The translations under genes were made by a program, and so were the position numbers. A stretch of DNA of 64,000 nt from Utricularia gibba (Eukaryota; Plantae; Magnoliophyta), in contig NEEC01000002.1 in NCBI GenBank assembly GCA_002189035.1, positions 3,534,001 to 3,598,000 of the forward strand, read 5' to 3'. Below are positions 10,908-22,139 of the stretch, one piece after another (position 1 is the first letter of the stretch; every line of letters starts with the position of its first letter). Under the pieces are notes generated by a model that was given only the letters and a program-made list of their open reading frames with translations, had not been told where the DNA came from and made no database searches.

Positions 10908-13388
10908 CAAGGAATCTCACACACAAAAAAGATTTTTTTCTCCCGAGGAAATAAAAACCTTCCTTTCAGCCAAGCCCAGTGGCCAGCGTGAGGTAATGAA
11001 ACACCAAGTTAAACGGGGTAGAACATATGAGCGAGAGAAGCAAGCATTCCTTCAAGGAAATGTCCCTATTCTGTAAAAGTGGCATTCATTGCTGAAATAG
11101 AGAGACAGCTCAACCTTGGCGGTTCCACTTTTCAGACACCTGCTAAACGTTGTCGTTCTTTCTGCGTTCGGTGCTCCGAATCATCAGTCATCATAGTTGT
11201 TTGCGCCAACACTGAGCTGGTGGCGTTCCTGGAATTAGGACAACGTTTTGACCCTTGTCCCTTGAGAACCCCCCAACACTTACACCTGAATCCGCATTCT
11301 TTGTTTATTTCCTTGGTTTGGGACTTGGGCCCCACTACTTTCCAGCCACAATTCAAGAAGGGGACTGACTGACTTCTTTGGACTGCCGCCTAATCTTTCA
11401 TTTTTTTTTTTTGGAGAAAATGTTTAAAGACTCAATCTTTCATACATAAGTTGTGTTTTAGATGATTTCTTTTGACTCCTCAAGAACCAAATGTCGGAAA
11501 TTATGAACACTCTCCCCTTCTTTGACATGCCAGTTTACAAGGTTTGGCGTGTTCAAATCTGTAGGAAAGGTTACCAGCATCGAACACATGTACATGAGAG
11601 GGGGTGATCTCAAGCCCCGTGGCAAACATTCATTCTTACACGAAGGCAGGCAGGTGGGGCGGCGCAATCAACCACAATAGAGAAGGATGCATGCATGTGA
11701 CTGCTTCCCCCTTTTCTTAGATCCACGGCCATGTGGGAGTCGCCAGATCATTGAACTCGGCATCTATACTCAAGGACATGGGAGGGGCATGATAGAAGGA
11801 TTTTGGCAGGTTCTTGGTTTGGGAATAGACTAAAGCAATGGAATTCAGAGGTAAGTTGTCCGTCAACACACCATCGGGGACAACTTGCGTCCACAAAAAT
11901 TCGATATCATCTCAGGAGTAAATGAACTCACATCTAGCGACAAACCATTGACGGCGGCTGTTCCAGCACTTAACCATCTGCTTCTGCTTCTGCTTCTGGG
12001 CTTTTCTTACGTGTGCTGTGCTCTTGTTCTGCCTCGCAATAACACGTCCAACCATCGGATCAACTGGCCTCATATTTCGTGGACCACCCTTCCGTCAGGG
12101 GAGGTAGGGGGGAATAACCCTGCTAGAAAGAGAAGGCGTTGGACAGGTTCCGAAGGTTGACCGGCATCCAGAATCTGCATTTGTCTGATATTAGAAACGG
12201 AACTAGGTGCACACACATGATGGGTCATCCGAGTTATAGGCAGGACAAGTTTTTTACGCTATGTCAAGCGGTTTGGTAGCGCTGAGAAAACAGAATAGCT
12301 GCTAAAACTATGCCTTTCAAACCATTTTTTTTAGTTGAGAAACGATGTATGCGCATGGACACGCACTACACAACCACAATAAAAAGGCGAAAACACCAAC
12401 ACAGTAAACCAGGCATGCAAGAGATAAAAACTAGGGGGAAAAAATGAAGTCACAATGGGGATTACAAATTGAGCGACACTCTATCAAAGTTGGCAAATAT
12501 CACCACAAAAAGAAGAGATTCTTTTTCAATTTCCCGTTCTTGCCCTAAACAGCGTATTGGAAGATGAGTTACTGACTCAACCAGGTAGAGGATTGTCGTA
12601 TCCCAACACTTGGTCATGGCTGGTTCCGACATCCCAATGGAGCTACCATTTTCGTTCTCTCTCTCCCTCCCTCCCTCCCTCCGGCGCGCACACCACTGAA
12701 TTATTCAGGGAGCTGGAGGAAATAGGAAGGCAGAGGGAGAGCGAGGGTATGCACTAATGACTACCACACAGCCCATTGGGCCCAATAGCGGTTTCCCCCG
12801 GAACTACTGCTCAAAAAGGCGGAGCAGAAGCAGGACATGAAGAATAAGCAATGGTACCACATGCTTTGGCGTGGGCACCATCTGATCCATGAGCCAAGGA
12901 AGGAAGGAATGGGGTCTTAATGGAGTAAGGAATCCTCCTCATCCCTGAAACCAAAGCGAGTTTGGTCCACGCGCATCTGCTTGTTGCCCTGAAAAAAATG
13001 GAGAAATTACGAGTCCAGGGAATATGGTTTTGATGGAATTAAATCATTACGGGTGTGGGTGTGGGTGTTGCTCCTTGTGCGAACGCCCCATGTGACATGA
13101 GACCTACCTAAGAAAGCGGAATCCATCCAGCCAGCCCGCCAGCCAGCCATGCACTAACTAAGCATTGCTTTCACTCTTAATTACGTCCCTTCCAACTAAT
13201 CACTCTAATTATTTTGCCTTGCCCTTGAATTTCCGAATTTCATTATCGTATAAATAATCACAATAAATAAATACACTAATAAGGAAACCAGCTTTCCTTT
13301 CCTTCCCTTCCCTGGCGTATGCATGTTTTATTAAACAAATAAATGTTTTGTTTGGTTTGGTGTGGTTTGGTTTTTGAATTCTGTATGA

Positions 13389-14070
13389 TCAGGAGCTAAA
13401 TGGAGCCCGACGGGGAACACCTTTCCGTCTTCTGGCCGTGGCGGATGTCGCCGCCGGCGTCGCCGGCCGGGACGAGCCTTCTTCCTCTTCCGTCGGCGGA
13501 GAAAATGTTGCATCCACCTTTCTCTTGACCCACACGAGCTAAACATTTTACAGTTACACACATAAATGAAATAATAACAACTAGAAGAAGAATAGAATTG
13601 GATATTTACTGACCTTGCACCCAAGCGAGCAAAAAAGAAATGTGTCCAAGAGGTTTCTCCCGCAGATTTCACACACATGTGAAACGGCTTTTCCTCCCTT
13701 AGGCTGAGGCCGCTCGTTCAGGAACAAAACCCTAGCGCTGTTTATGACGTAAGTCTGTACTCCACTGATGTCGAGAACCTTCTGGATCTCCGACACGCGA
13801 ACGACGTCGTGGTAGGACGATCTCCGTATCTTGAGCAATGGCAACGATTTGGAATCGGATTTTGCTTGAAATCGAAGAAAGTAAACCGAGTTTGAAAACC
13901 TGAAGGAGGCGGTGATCCTTGTGTCTGGACTTGCTGCAGTAGAAGCAAAAGGAATCGCAATCGCAGTCCAAACAGAACATGTTGCATTCGCTCCGGGACG
14001 CGTCTCTGTGAGTCCGGCAACCCTGGAAGAAGACGGTTGTTAGAAGCCGCTCCAGCCACGGCGGCACCAT
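13389..14070 (-). CDS. PLATZ zinc-binding transcription factor, 178 aa. Exons 14070-13900, 13829-13614, 13538-13389
   Basis: [21 protein letters not shown] and [48 protein letters not shown], ending in [12 protein letters not shown]. All splice sites are GT-AG and the frame is intact. Confidence 0.95.
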
Positions 14071-14754
14071 CGGTCCGATCAATCCGAAGATCGCCGAAAA
14101 AGAAAGAAAGGAAGAAACCGCCGAAGCTTAAAACGGACGGCGTAAATGGAAGGAAGAACCAGGATTGGCGTGGGATGTCAATTGGGGAGGAGGGGGGGAG
14201 AGATTTGGCGCTTACTTTTAGAACCACGTGGGATCTCGTTCGCGTCACATGGCCCACGCCCAAACGGCGCCGTTTGGCTTGGCGAAAATGCCCTCCCTCG
14301 CCCCTCCCAATCGGGTGCTTCCAGCTGTGCCAGGCAGGGTGCCTGCTAATCAACATTTAATTAATACTAATGGGGGCAGATAATGCAATTAGTGCGTGTG
14401 GTTAGGTGTTGGGCGTAGAAAAAAGAATCAGCCTAGAGATAGAATAGTGACCACACTCTTATATTATTCCTTGTCAAGAGATTAATTCCGGATTGCCAAT
14501 AAATGCCATTGTACTTGACCAATACCTGACACAACCCTACAATTGGCCGGCCCGGCCCACAATTGGGTTTGGGCCGAGTGGAAATCGACCCGGCCCAGAA
14601 TGGTTTCCAGTGTTGCTTCTTCAAGTGTCCTCGAAAGTCGCCCGCTACCGAGATCTGGTTCCTCGAGGTCGCTGGCGGTACAGTGTCCGGGAACCGTGTT
14701 TCTCTTGATTTCGTCTCATCCGTAAAACTCGATTTTGAGGACATCCTTCTAGAT
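14071..14754. promoter_or_regulatory. Shared divergent promoter/5'UTR region of PLATZ and VPS37
   Basis: The start codons are 684 bp apart, head-to-head. Site II motifs (GGCCCA/TGGGCC) at 14251, 14554, 14570 and 14592, and a G-box CACGTG at 14225. Confidence 0.6.
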
Positions 14755-16266
14755 ATGTTTAAAAATTTCTGGTAGCACTCTCCCCTCTCTCGTTCTCGGT
14801 ATCATGATTATTGATTGAATACAGCGCAGATATAGTTTTGTGGGAAGTATTGTTTTTATCGATCGATTATGTGAATCGCACATATTAGGTTTTGGTTTCG
14901 CTAGTTATGTAATATTGTGAGTTTCTGATGCCTTTCTGGGGCACCAACTTGGTCGAATTTCATATCATGTATTGCTAGGCATCTTCACATGCTTTATCTC
15001 CCATAACTGTGAATAAAGGTTGCCCCTTGGATTGATACCCTCCTACCTTCAGGACATTACAGGAGCAGCAAACTCAGCCAGGTCCGCAAATGTCTACTGA
15101 CTCATGGTATTCGTCTTCTGCCGTTAACTCTCCCGGTCCCTCGCATCCCAGCACACCTACAGGAAGTGCATCCAGCAGTTACTTAGGATCAAGATACACA
15201 GACCGGGCTAATACAATGTCAAATGTGTCGCCTTCAGAGGCAGCAGAAATCATTGCCATCTTGAAAGATAAAAGGTGATCTACTGTTAGTTTTTGTTATT
15301 CGGCTGTATGTATGCCTGCATGGAATTTCAGCCTTATAAGCCTAACTGCTGAATTCTGGTAGTAGTGGGAGCTACGTCAAAATGGAAGTTTTCCCTTTTA
15401 TACATGTCATTTTTGTATTTGTTTGTAGTGTTGATGAGCTACGGAAGCTTCTATCTGACAAAGATGCGTGCCAGAACCTTGTAAATTCACTCGAGCAGGT
15501 CAAGATGCAGAACAAGGTATCTCTTTTATTTCTTTTCACCATCTTTCTGGTATGCATCTTGTGATAATACCCACATCGAACTCTGAATGAGTAGGTCCGG
15601 GATGATCTTAGGCAAGAGACACTTCAGCTTGCTAGTAAGTTGATTCTAATATATGCACGCAGACAGACAGACACACACACACCAGGTGTTTACGTGGGAA
15701 CTGGAGTTAACTAAGTTATGTAACCACAGGGATAACCTAGAAAGAGAACTTCGTATAATGGAGTTGAGGAATCAGGTAAATTATCTTTTCTCTGCATAAA
15801 GTAACATGTTTCCTCAGTATGCTTGAGCAGTAATGCTGGCCTTGATGTGATCACAGTGCAGGATAATCCGAACTACAGAGCTGGCTGCTGCTCAAGAAAA
15901 GCTTCATGACTTGGAGAGGAAAAGAGACGAGATATTGAAATCTTGTGCACCGTCGTCTCTCCTTCGTAGACTTCAAGGTAATCATTTGCAGCAATTTCTG
16001 TCTTTTACTCCAAAGCTGTGAGCATAGTATTTAATTCCTACTGACTGGGTTTGGATGGAATTATAACAAACGCTAGCTTATAAAATTCTTTTATCTTCCC
16101 AGATGCAATGAGTAAAACAGACGAGGAATCGGAGGCTCTTCATGCACAGCTTCTCAATAGAGATATTGATCTCTCAACCTTTATACAAAAATACAAGAAG
16201 ATGCGACATGTTCATCACAAGCAAACTCTGACTCATTTCGCTGCCAAGACATCTGTGCCCAGCTGA
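14755..16266 (+). CDS. VPS37: ESCRT-I subunit VPS37 (Mod(r) family). Exons 14755-14771, 15053-15274, 15429-15516, 15595-15634 (or 15638), 15730-15775, 15857-15977, 16103-16266
   Basis: MFKNFW..VSPSEAAEIIAILKDKSVDELRKLLSDKDA..DDLRQETLQLA..DNLERE..IMELRNQCRIIRTTELAAAQEKL..DEESEALH..FIQKYKK..HFAAKTS matches recalled Arabidopsis VPS37-1/2. The canonical exon 4/5 junction is 1 nt short (see findings). Confidence 0.9.
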
Positions 16267-16499
16267 GGTGTTTCTTCTGTTTGCCACACTCGCTGTGCAA
16301 ACTGTTTACGTTGTCGTTCGTTTTAAATTATACTGTGATGGTATCCCTGCTGTGTAGAGGGTTCAGGGTATTCTTCACCTGAATTGAACATCGTCTGGTG
16401 TGGTTGTAAAAAAAACCAAAACAAAAGCGCCTCATTTTAATGACTATCTTATCGTGTTCGCAATCATCGATAGCCAAAATGCCACCTTGCAAAAAAGCA

Positions 16500-16968
16500 T
16501 GAATCCAAGTAACGAGGATTCTCACAACACAGGCGACAATCGTGATCAGAAGCAAAGCATAGTTGAACTCTTCCGTAAGAGACGTTTTTGAAGGTGGAAG
16601 TCTTGCGAGGAAGAGATCGATGCCACATGCAAAGACGAGTGTGTTGGACTCATGGTTAGCCGGGAAGGTCTGAGGCCTTCCACCGTCAGGACATGGGTCA
16701 CATAAGACTGCAGCAAGAGAAACACAAGTTCACAACATATTCCCAATTTGAAAACAACATCCTTCCACGACGGCACATACCCAGCATTTTCGTAATGCTA
16801 CCATCTCCTATAATTGCATTACACTCAGTTAATATGACAAAATAACGATTTTACCTGCGGAATTATTGGCAAAGAATCAGTAAGCGGAATCATTCCCTCT
16901 TCTTTCTCAACTTGTGAAGGGTTAACTGTTCCCTCGGGATCTTAAACTCGCTTGTCAAGTGCTAAAAC
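16500..16968 (-). pseudogene. EMC1: Last two exons of an ER membrane complex subunit 1 copy (exon 16968-16855, intron 16854-16708, exon from 16707)
   Basis: Manual translation: VLALDKRV*DPEGTVNPSQVEKEEGMIPLTDSLPIIPQ | SYVTHVLTVEGLR [frameshift] PANHESNTLVFACGIDLFLARLPPSKT--SLTEEFNYALLLITIVACVVRILVTW. This matches the recalled plant EMC1 C-terminus (DUF1620 plus TM helix). The GT-AG intron is retained. Lesions: stop at 16942-16944, a frameshift and a 2-aa deletion. Confidence 0.85.
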
Positions 16969-17200
16969 GGGAAATTTTGTAAAATACCCTTGTCAGATAA
17001 ATTTTATTACCCATATACCCTTCCCTCGTTAATGCATTTGTTATTTACCCTTTTTATCATTTTTTATTGGCAATTTACCTTACTTAGTGTATTTCTTTGT
17101 GTTTTACCCTTTTTTACATTTTTATTAACAATTTACCTTCAACTTTCATTTATTTTGGCCATTTACCTTTTTTATACATTTTTTTTAGTAATTTACCTTA
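16969..17200 (+). repeat. Left subterminal array of TTTACC(C/T)T motifs, about 30-bp period
   Basis: About 8 copies from about 16983 to 17192, mirrored in inverted orientation at about 21400-21632. Confidence 0.7.
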
Positions 17201-17641
17201 AGTATTCATTTTTATTGATATTTTAGTTTATTAGCCATTTATTATATTCGTTCAAAAGTAATTGACATAAATAATAAATAACATATATAGTATTGTTAAT
17301 CAAATAAAGATTAAATATTATATTATATTTAATTATATATATATTAAAATAGACCAAAATAATTATAGTTATTGTGTTTGAATAATTATTATCAAGTTCA
17401 AAATATAGATTAAATAAAAATTAAAATATTATAGTTATTTAATTATATAGATTAAAATAATCAAAATAAAATATTATGTTTGAATGGTTATTATCAAGTT
17501 CAAAAATGTAAAAATGCATAAATAAATAATTTATGAATCAACATCATTTCTTCTTGTCCTTCCTTGATAGTCCAAAATGCCGTCCCAACCATCCCAAATG
17601 AGATTTTTGTGATGATCTCAATAATGAATCAGATGGGATGG

Positions 17642-20148
17642 TCATAGAAGGAAATGTGAGTGTTGATGATTGAGGATGCCACAAAGAATTTCAAGCATCA
17701 GTATAGCCTGAGGTATCAGGTCTACTACTTTCTCCTTGATATGATGAATGTCTGGATGCTTGTGATCCAACATGAGAATCATAGGGCAATAGGATGTTAT
17801 CTCGTCTTTGGGGTAGCATACACCTTGAAGGGCAAGTGAATCACGTCGATGTATCGTCTCATGATAAGATTGATCAGGAGGTTGAGAATTGAGATCCATA
17901 GCATCTGATTCATTTGTAACACCCTTATGGCGTCTCCCTGAATTCTGAAAGTCTGCAGGTCCCTTGTGCCTTGTCGAATTACTTCGGCCACGTTTTGTTC
18001 GCTTTCTTGATGGATCAACTTGAAATAAAAATGGTGCTGGTGCCCAATAACGTTCATCTCGTACCGGTTGAACTTGAGTATTATATGTATTCACCAAATA
18101 TGAAACCTTATAATACTCGCTCGTCTGATCTCTTGGATTTATCCGAAATTGATGACAAGCCTACATTATTGTAAGAGTGAATATCATTATTAATATATAG
18201 TTAATAAATCATTGAAATAAATTGGATATCCTACCTTTTGTGCATGAGCACATGGATATCTATCAAGTTGCCAAACTCGACAATCACATGTTTGCTCTCG
18301 AACGCATACCCTATTAGTTGTTGTACCATGAGGCCCTACTAATTTCACTTATGCAACCATATTTCTTGTATCATATATTGTGCACGTAAGAAAAGAAAGT
18401 TTTCTGCAGGCCTCCTCATACTTCTTAATAACTTGATCACCAAAGGGAATCCCTTTATATTGTTTGTGGAGTGCATCTGCCCTATGCCATTCAAAATATT
18501 GTCGAGCCTTCTCAAATGTCACCTAAATAAAGATATATACATATGATTATTGCAATATATAATAAATTATATTGATAATGAGATTACCTTAGCAATCCAT
18601 GTAGGTGGAAGACGTCGACTCTCTCGAAGTACATTATTTAAGGACTCCGCATGATTAGTAGTCATTATTGTATGTCTGATCATCAAAAGATAAATTTAAT
18701 ATAATATATATAAATCAAATTATTTAAAATATAATATAAATATAAAATAAAAAGAAGTACCTATAGCCTCCATCATAAAGCATCGTCCATTCCTCGTATG
18801 GGATATTATTCATGTACTCTGTTGCTTTTGAGGATCTGCATGCCAACAAGTTCATTGCATGCGTGAAATCTGTCACATTCCGAGCATATGCTGCTTGCAT
18901 AATCAATTGTGAAATTCCTTTGGATTTTGAGCCAATATGACTCATGCAATTCTTTCTTATGTGAAATACACACCATCTATGTATTCCATGAGGAGGATTG
19001 AATTGTGGATAAGTTTCATAAGCAGAAACGAGTCCTGAACCACGATCACTTATCACACAAACTCCCTGTCTTCCACGGACTACATGTATATCCAACATTC
19101 GTAAAAACCATGCCCAATCATATCCAGACTCCCCCGGGACTATTGCATACGCGATAGGACATACACAGTTATTAGCATCAACAGCAACAGCTACCAGGAG
19201 CTTATAATTATATCGTCCATAAAGATGAGTACCATCAATACATAAGACAGGACGACAATAATGAAAGGCATTCACTGAAAATCCATAAGCCCAAAATACA
19301 CGATGTAGTAAATTGATACCATCTTCACCCATAATAGACTTAAATTTCACAATAGTTCTAGGATTTTGTTTACGCACCTCCATAAGATATCGTGGGAGAT
19401 CCGGAGTTGATGTTTCCCATGAACCATATTGTAATTCATATGACTGCATTAAACAAGCCCATGCATGCCAGTATTTCACTTCATAATGGAATTTCTCATT
19501 AATGATCATCATAACTCCCTTAGCTTTCAATTGAGGGTGTAGTAGAGGAACTAACCGAGGAGCAATATATTTAATGGACAAGTTGACATGTGTATTATTG
19601 TCCAATTCTGATGTGATATCACATGTATGAGGATGCACAAATTTAGTAATTTTCCACGTACCCATCCGTTTCTGAATACCCACACGCAAGTAGAATGGAC
19701 ACATGAATTTTTCAGAGTGAACTTGAGCACAATATATCCTATATTGAGCATTATCATTCTTTTTCACCTTAAATTCCCTTTGAGCCACAGAAATATGATA
19801 TTTCACAACCGCATCATTTAAGCTTTGTCTATCTTTGAAATGCATACCTTCTCGTAACTCCATTCTTTCTTCATTATAGTAATCTATTTCCATTGATGTA
19901 TCAAAACTATCTACATAATAGAAGTCATCTTCATCATGATGAAAAGTATTTTGGTTGTTTGACTGTAAGGTTGAATCATATTGTTGATGTAAATTACTAA
20001 GAGATTCAAAATCTTGATCCTCAATAATATCTTCAGGACTAGGAATTTGCTCATTAGTTGACAAATGATCAAAGTCAGCATATGAATATTCAGGAAATGT
20101 ATGATCCTCTTCATCATCATATAAATAAGAGATTCTTTGAGAATTCAT
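17642..20148 (-). pseudogene. mudrA-like transposase, 760 codons over 4 exons (20148-18761, 18675-18588, 18522-18235, 18160-17642), with one in-frame stop
   Basis: MuDR N-terminal domain (GMHFKDR..YHI..REFKVKK..C..CPF..H.C), DDE core (VLCIDGTHLYG, VISDRGSG, HRWCVFHI) and SWIM finger (CDCRVWQLDRYPCAHA). GT-AG splicing keeps the frame. A TAA lies at 18349-18351. Confidence 0.9.
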
Positions 20149-21076
20149 ATAGTCATAAGGGTCTACATGATGAAAATATATAATAATTAGGTGCTTATGA
20201 TAATATTTAATGTATCAAAATATCAGATAACTAATTTATGGTATAGTTGAATATTGTAATTTTTAAAATTATTTAGAAATTTACATATTTTCTGATTTTT
20301 ACTTTAATAATTTACTCATTATACAAAAATCTTTTATAAAAATTTTTAATGATAATTATAAACATATCATTATTTGAGAATTTTATCAAAACTTATTAAT
20401 CATTATAGAACAAAGAATTTAAAATATAAATATTTCTAATTACATTAAAAGTAATTATTTTAAATTTAGTGATCAAAGAATTTTTATATTTTAATATCAT
20501 ATTTTTTACAACTCTATCATTCAATATAAAGAAAGAATATTTATTATTTTCTACAACCAAGAAAACAAGTGATCTTTTTATTTTTCTAATGTTTTTTCAG
20601 CTTTATTTATTACTAAAAAATCAATATAGATGAAGAATTGATTAGATTTTCAAGGCTAGTTGCAATTAAAATCATAAAAATGAAAATTTTAAATTTATTG
20701 AAGTGACGGCTAGTTTAATTACATGTTTGGATAGTTCTAAATTTTCAAATCAGACAAATGAAAGTTCTCTAATATTTGAAATCAATAAAAATTTATTTTA
20801 ACTATTCAATCCAAAAAATATTAAGAATGACCATTTATTTGATATTGTTTTAAACACTACCAAATCTATATATCACCTTCATTGTAAGATGGAATAACAT
20901 TTTCTGGTTGCTCTCTTCTTTTGGATCCACGATTCTCTAATTTCTATTTAGCATGAAATGAAAAAGATATAATGATTATAAGTATAATTGATTTTCTAAC
21001 AAAAATCAAGATGCTACAAAATAAATGTAAAAGAATCACATGACCTTCATAAAAGGGATGAGATTGACTTACTTCA

Positions 21077-21200
21077 CCGCAATGCTCCTTACTAGCTATA
21101 TGGAACGAAAATCCAATATCTCTTCTTTGAACAACCCTCCGCAATGCCCCTTACTAGCTATATGGAATGAAAAGCCGATATTTCGTCTTTGAACAAACCT
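21077..21200. repeat. 62-bp tandem duplication inside the MULE
   Basis: CCGCAATGC.CCTTACTAGCTATATGGAA.GAAAA..C.ATAT.TC.TCTTTGAACAA.CCT starts at 21077 and again at 21139. Confidence 0.85.
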
Positions 21201-21399
21201 ACGGGAAGAATAAATGTTAACTAGTGACCCCTATTTCCCCTATTTAAAGCCTCCAAGAAACATAGGAGTTAACGTCATTCATTTAAAAATGACATAGTTA
21301 TTAACGCCATGTAAAAAAAATGAAATAATAATATTTAAGAAGGACATAGTTATTCACGCCATACAAAAAAGAAATGAAATAATAATTTTTAAAATAGAA

Positions 21400-21632
21400 A
21401 GTAAGGTAAAATACAAATAAAATACGAAAATGAAGGTATATTATCAATTATGTTGAAATTGTTAAGGTAAAATCTCATTACATCCTTTAGTTGAGGTATT
21501 TTAAAAATAGTTACAAAAGATCAGGTAAATTACCAATTAAATTATAAAATTAGGGTAAAATAATAATAAATTTCAAAAATAAGGTAATGCGAAATTTTTT
21601 TTAAAAAATCAGGGTAGATAACCTATTATCTC
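21400..21632 (-). repeat. Right subterminal array of AGGTAAA-like motifs, about 30-bp period
   Basis: About 8 A(A/G)GGTA(A) motifs, the inverted counterpart of the left array. Confidence 0.7.
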
Positions 21633-22139
21633 GTGCTTAAAACCTATCATAAGAAACATATGCAATAAAATAAACACCCATAGAAGGAGAATGGAGGCAT
21701 GGTAGGTTATCAACATTACATGAGCTTATAATTTCTGAAAGGATTTGCAACTCATTAATTGTGAGCCTAAATATTTCAAGAACCTTCGAATCAACACAAA
21801 ATATTTTTTGCATATGTATTCTCATCACATCATTTATATATCTTTCTTCTATTTATAAACAATAGTTTTAAAATCGATGATTGTAGGTACAAATATGCAT
21901 TAGTGTTGCAAGTTAGCGTTATTTCGTTACTGGGTTGTACTGACTTTGATTTGGTCTATTTCTTTAGATGTAGGTTTGGTCTAATTTTTATGAGTCCATG
22001 CATAGCCTTCCTTCAATTGCAGTGGCTCAATATTTAGCTCATTACATTTATGTTTTTACCTCATGGTTTCTCAAAACTATTTACCTCCTTCTTTACTGTA
22101 CATGATGTGTTCAAGTAGCACCTTTGAGTTTATGACAAG

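Larger units (their letters stand above)
16969..21632 (-). mobile_element. Mutator-like DNA transposon (MULE), 4.66 kb
   Basis: The terminal 22 nt align as an inverted repeat (GGGAAATTTTGTAAAATACCCT vs reverse complement GAGATAATAGGTTATCTACCCT, 14/22). TSD GTGCTAAAAC (16959-16968) vs GTGCTTAAAAC (21633-21643). Contains an internal mudrA gene. Confidence 0.85.

Noticed and set aside
11079-11372. ORFs upstream of RABC2a (74-97 aa)
   Set aside because: No recognisable homology or splice context. Probably promoter or 5' leader sequence.
13331-13678. Arg-rich 115-aa ORF ([17 protein letters not shown]), protamine- or NLS-like
   Set aside because: It is a shifted frame of PLATZ exon 3. The correct frame gives the conserved [12 protein letters not shown] end.
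13742-14356. 204-aa ORF and other GC-rich ORFs overlapping PLATZ
   Set aside because: Alternative frames of GC-rich PLATZ exons and 5'UTR, with no recognisable domain. The spliced PLATZ model explains the region.
16500-16968. EMC1 fragment as Pack-MULE cargo or a processed pseudogene
   Set aside because: It lies outside the MULE termini, retains an intron, and its acceptor is found on the far side of the element.
21650-21830. KYLGSQL-like peptide suggesting a LINE RT fragment in the EMC1 intron remnant
   Set aside because: Only one short motif, with no supporting flanking similarity.
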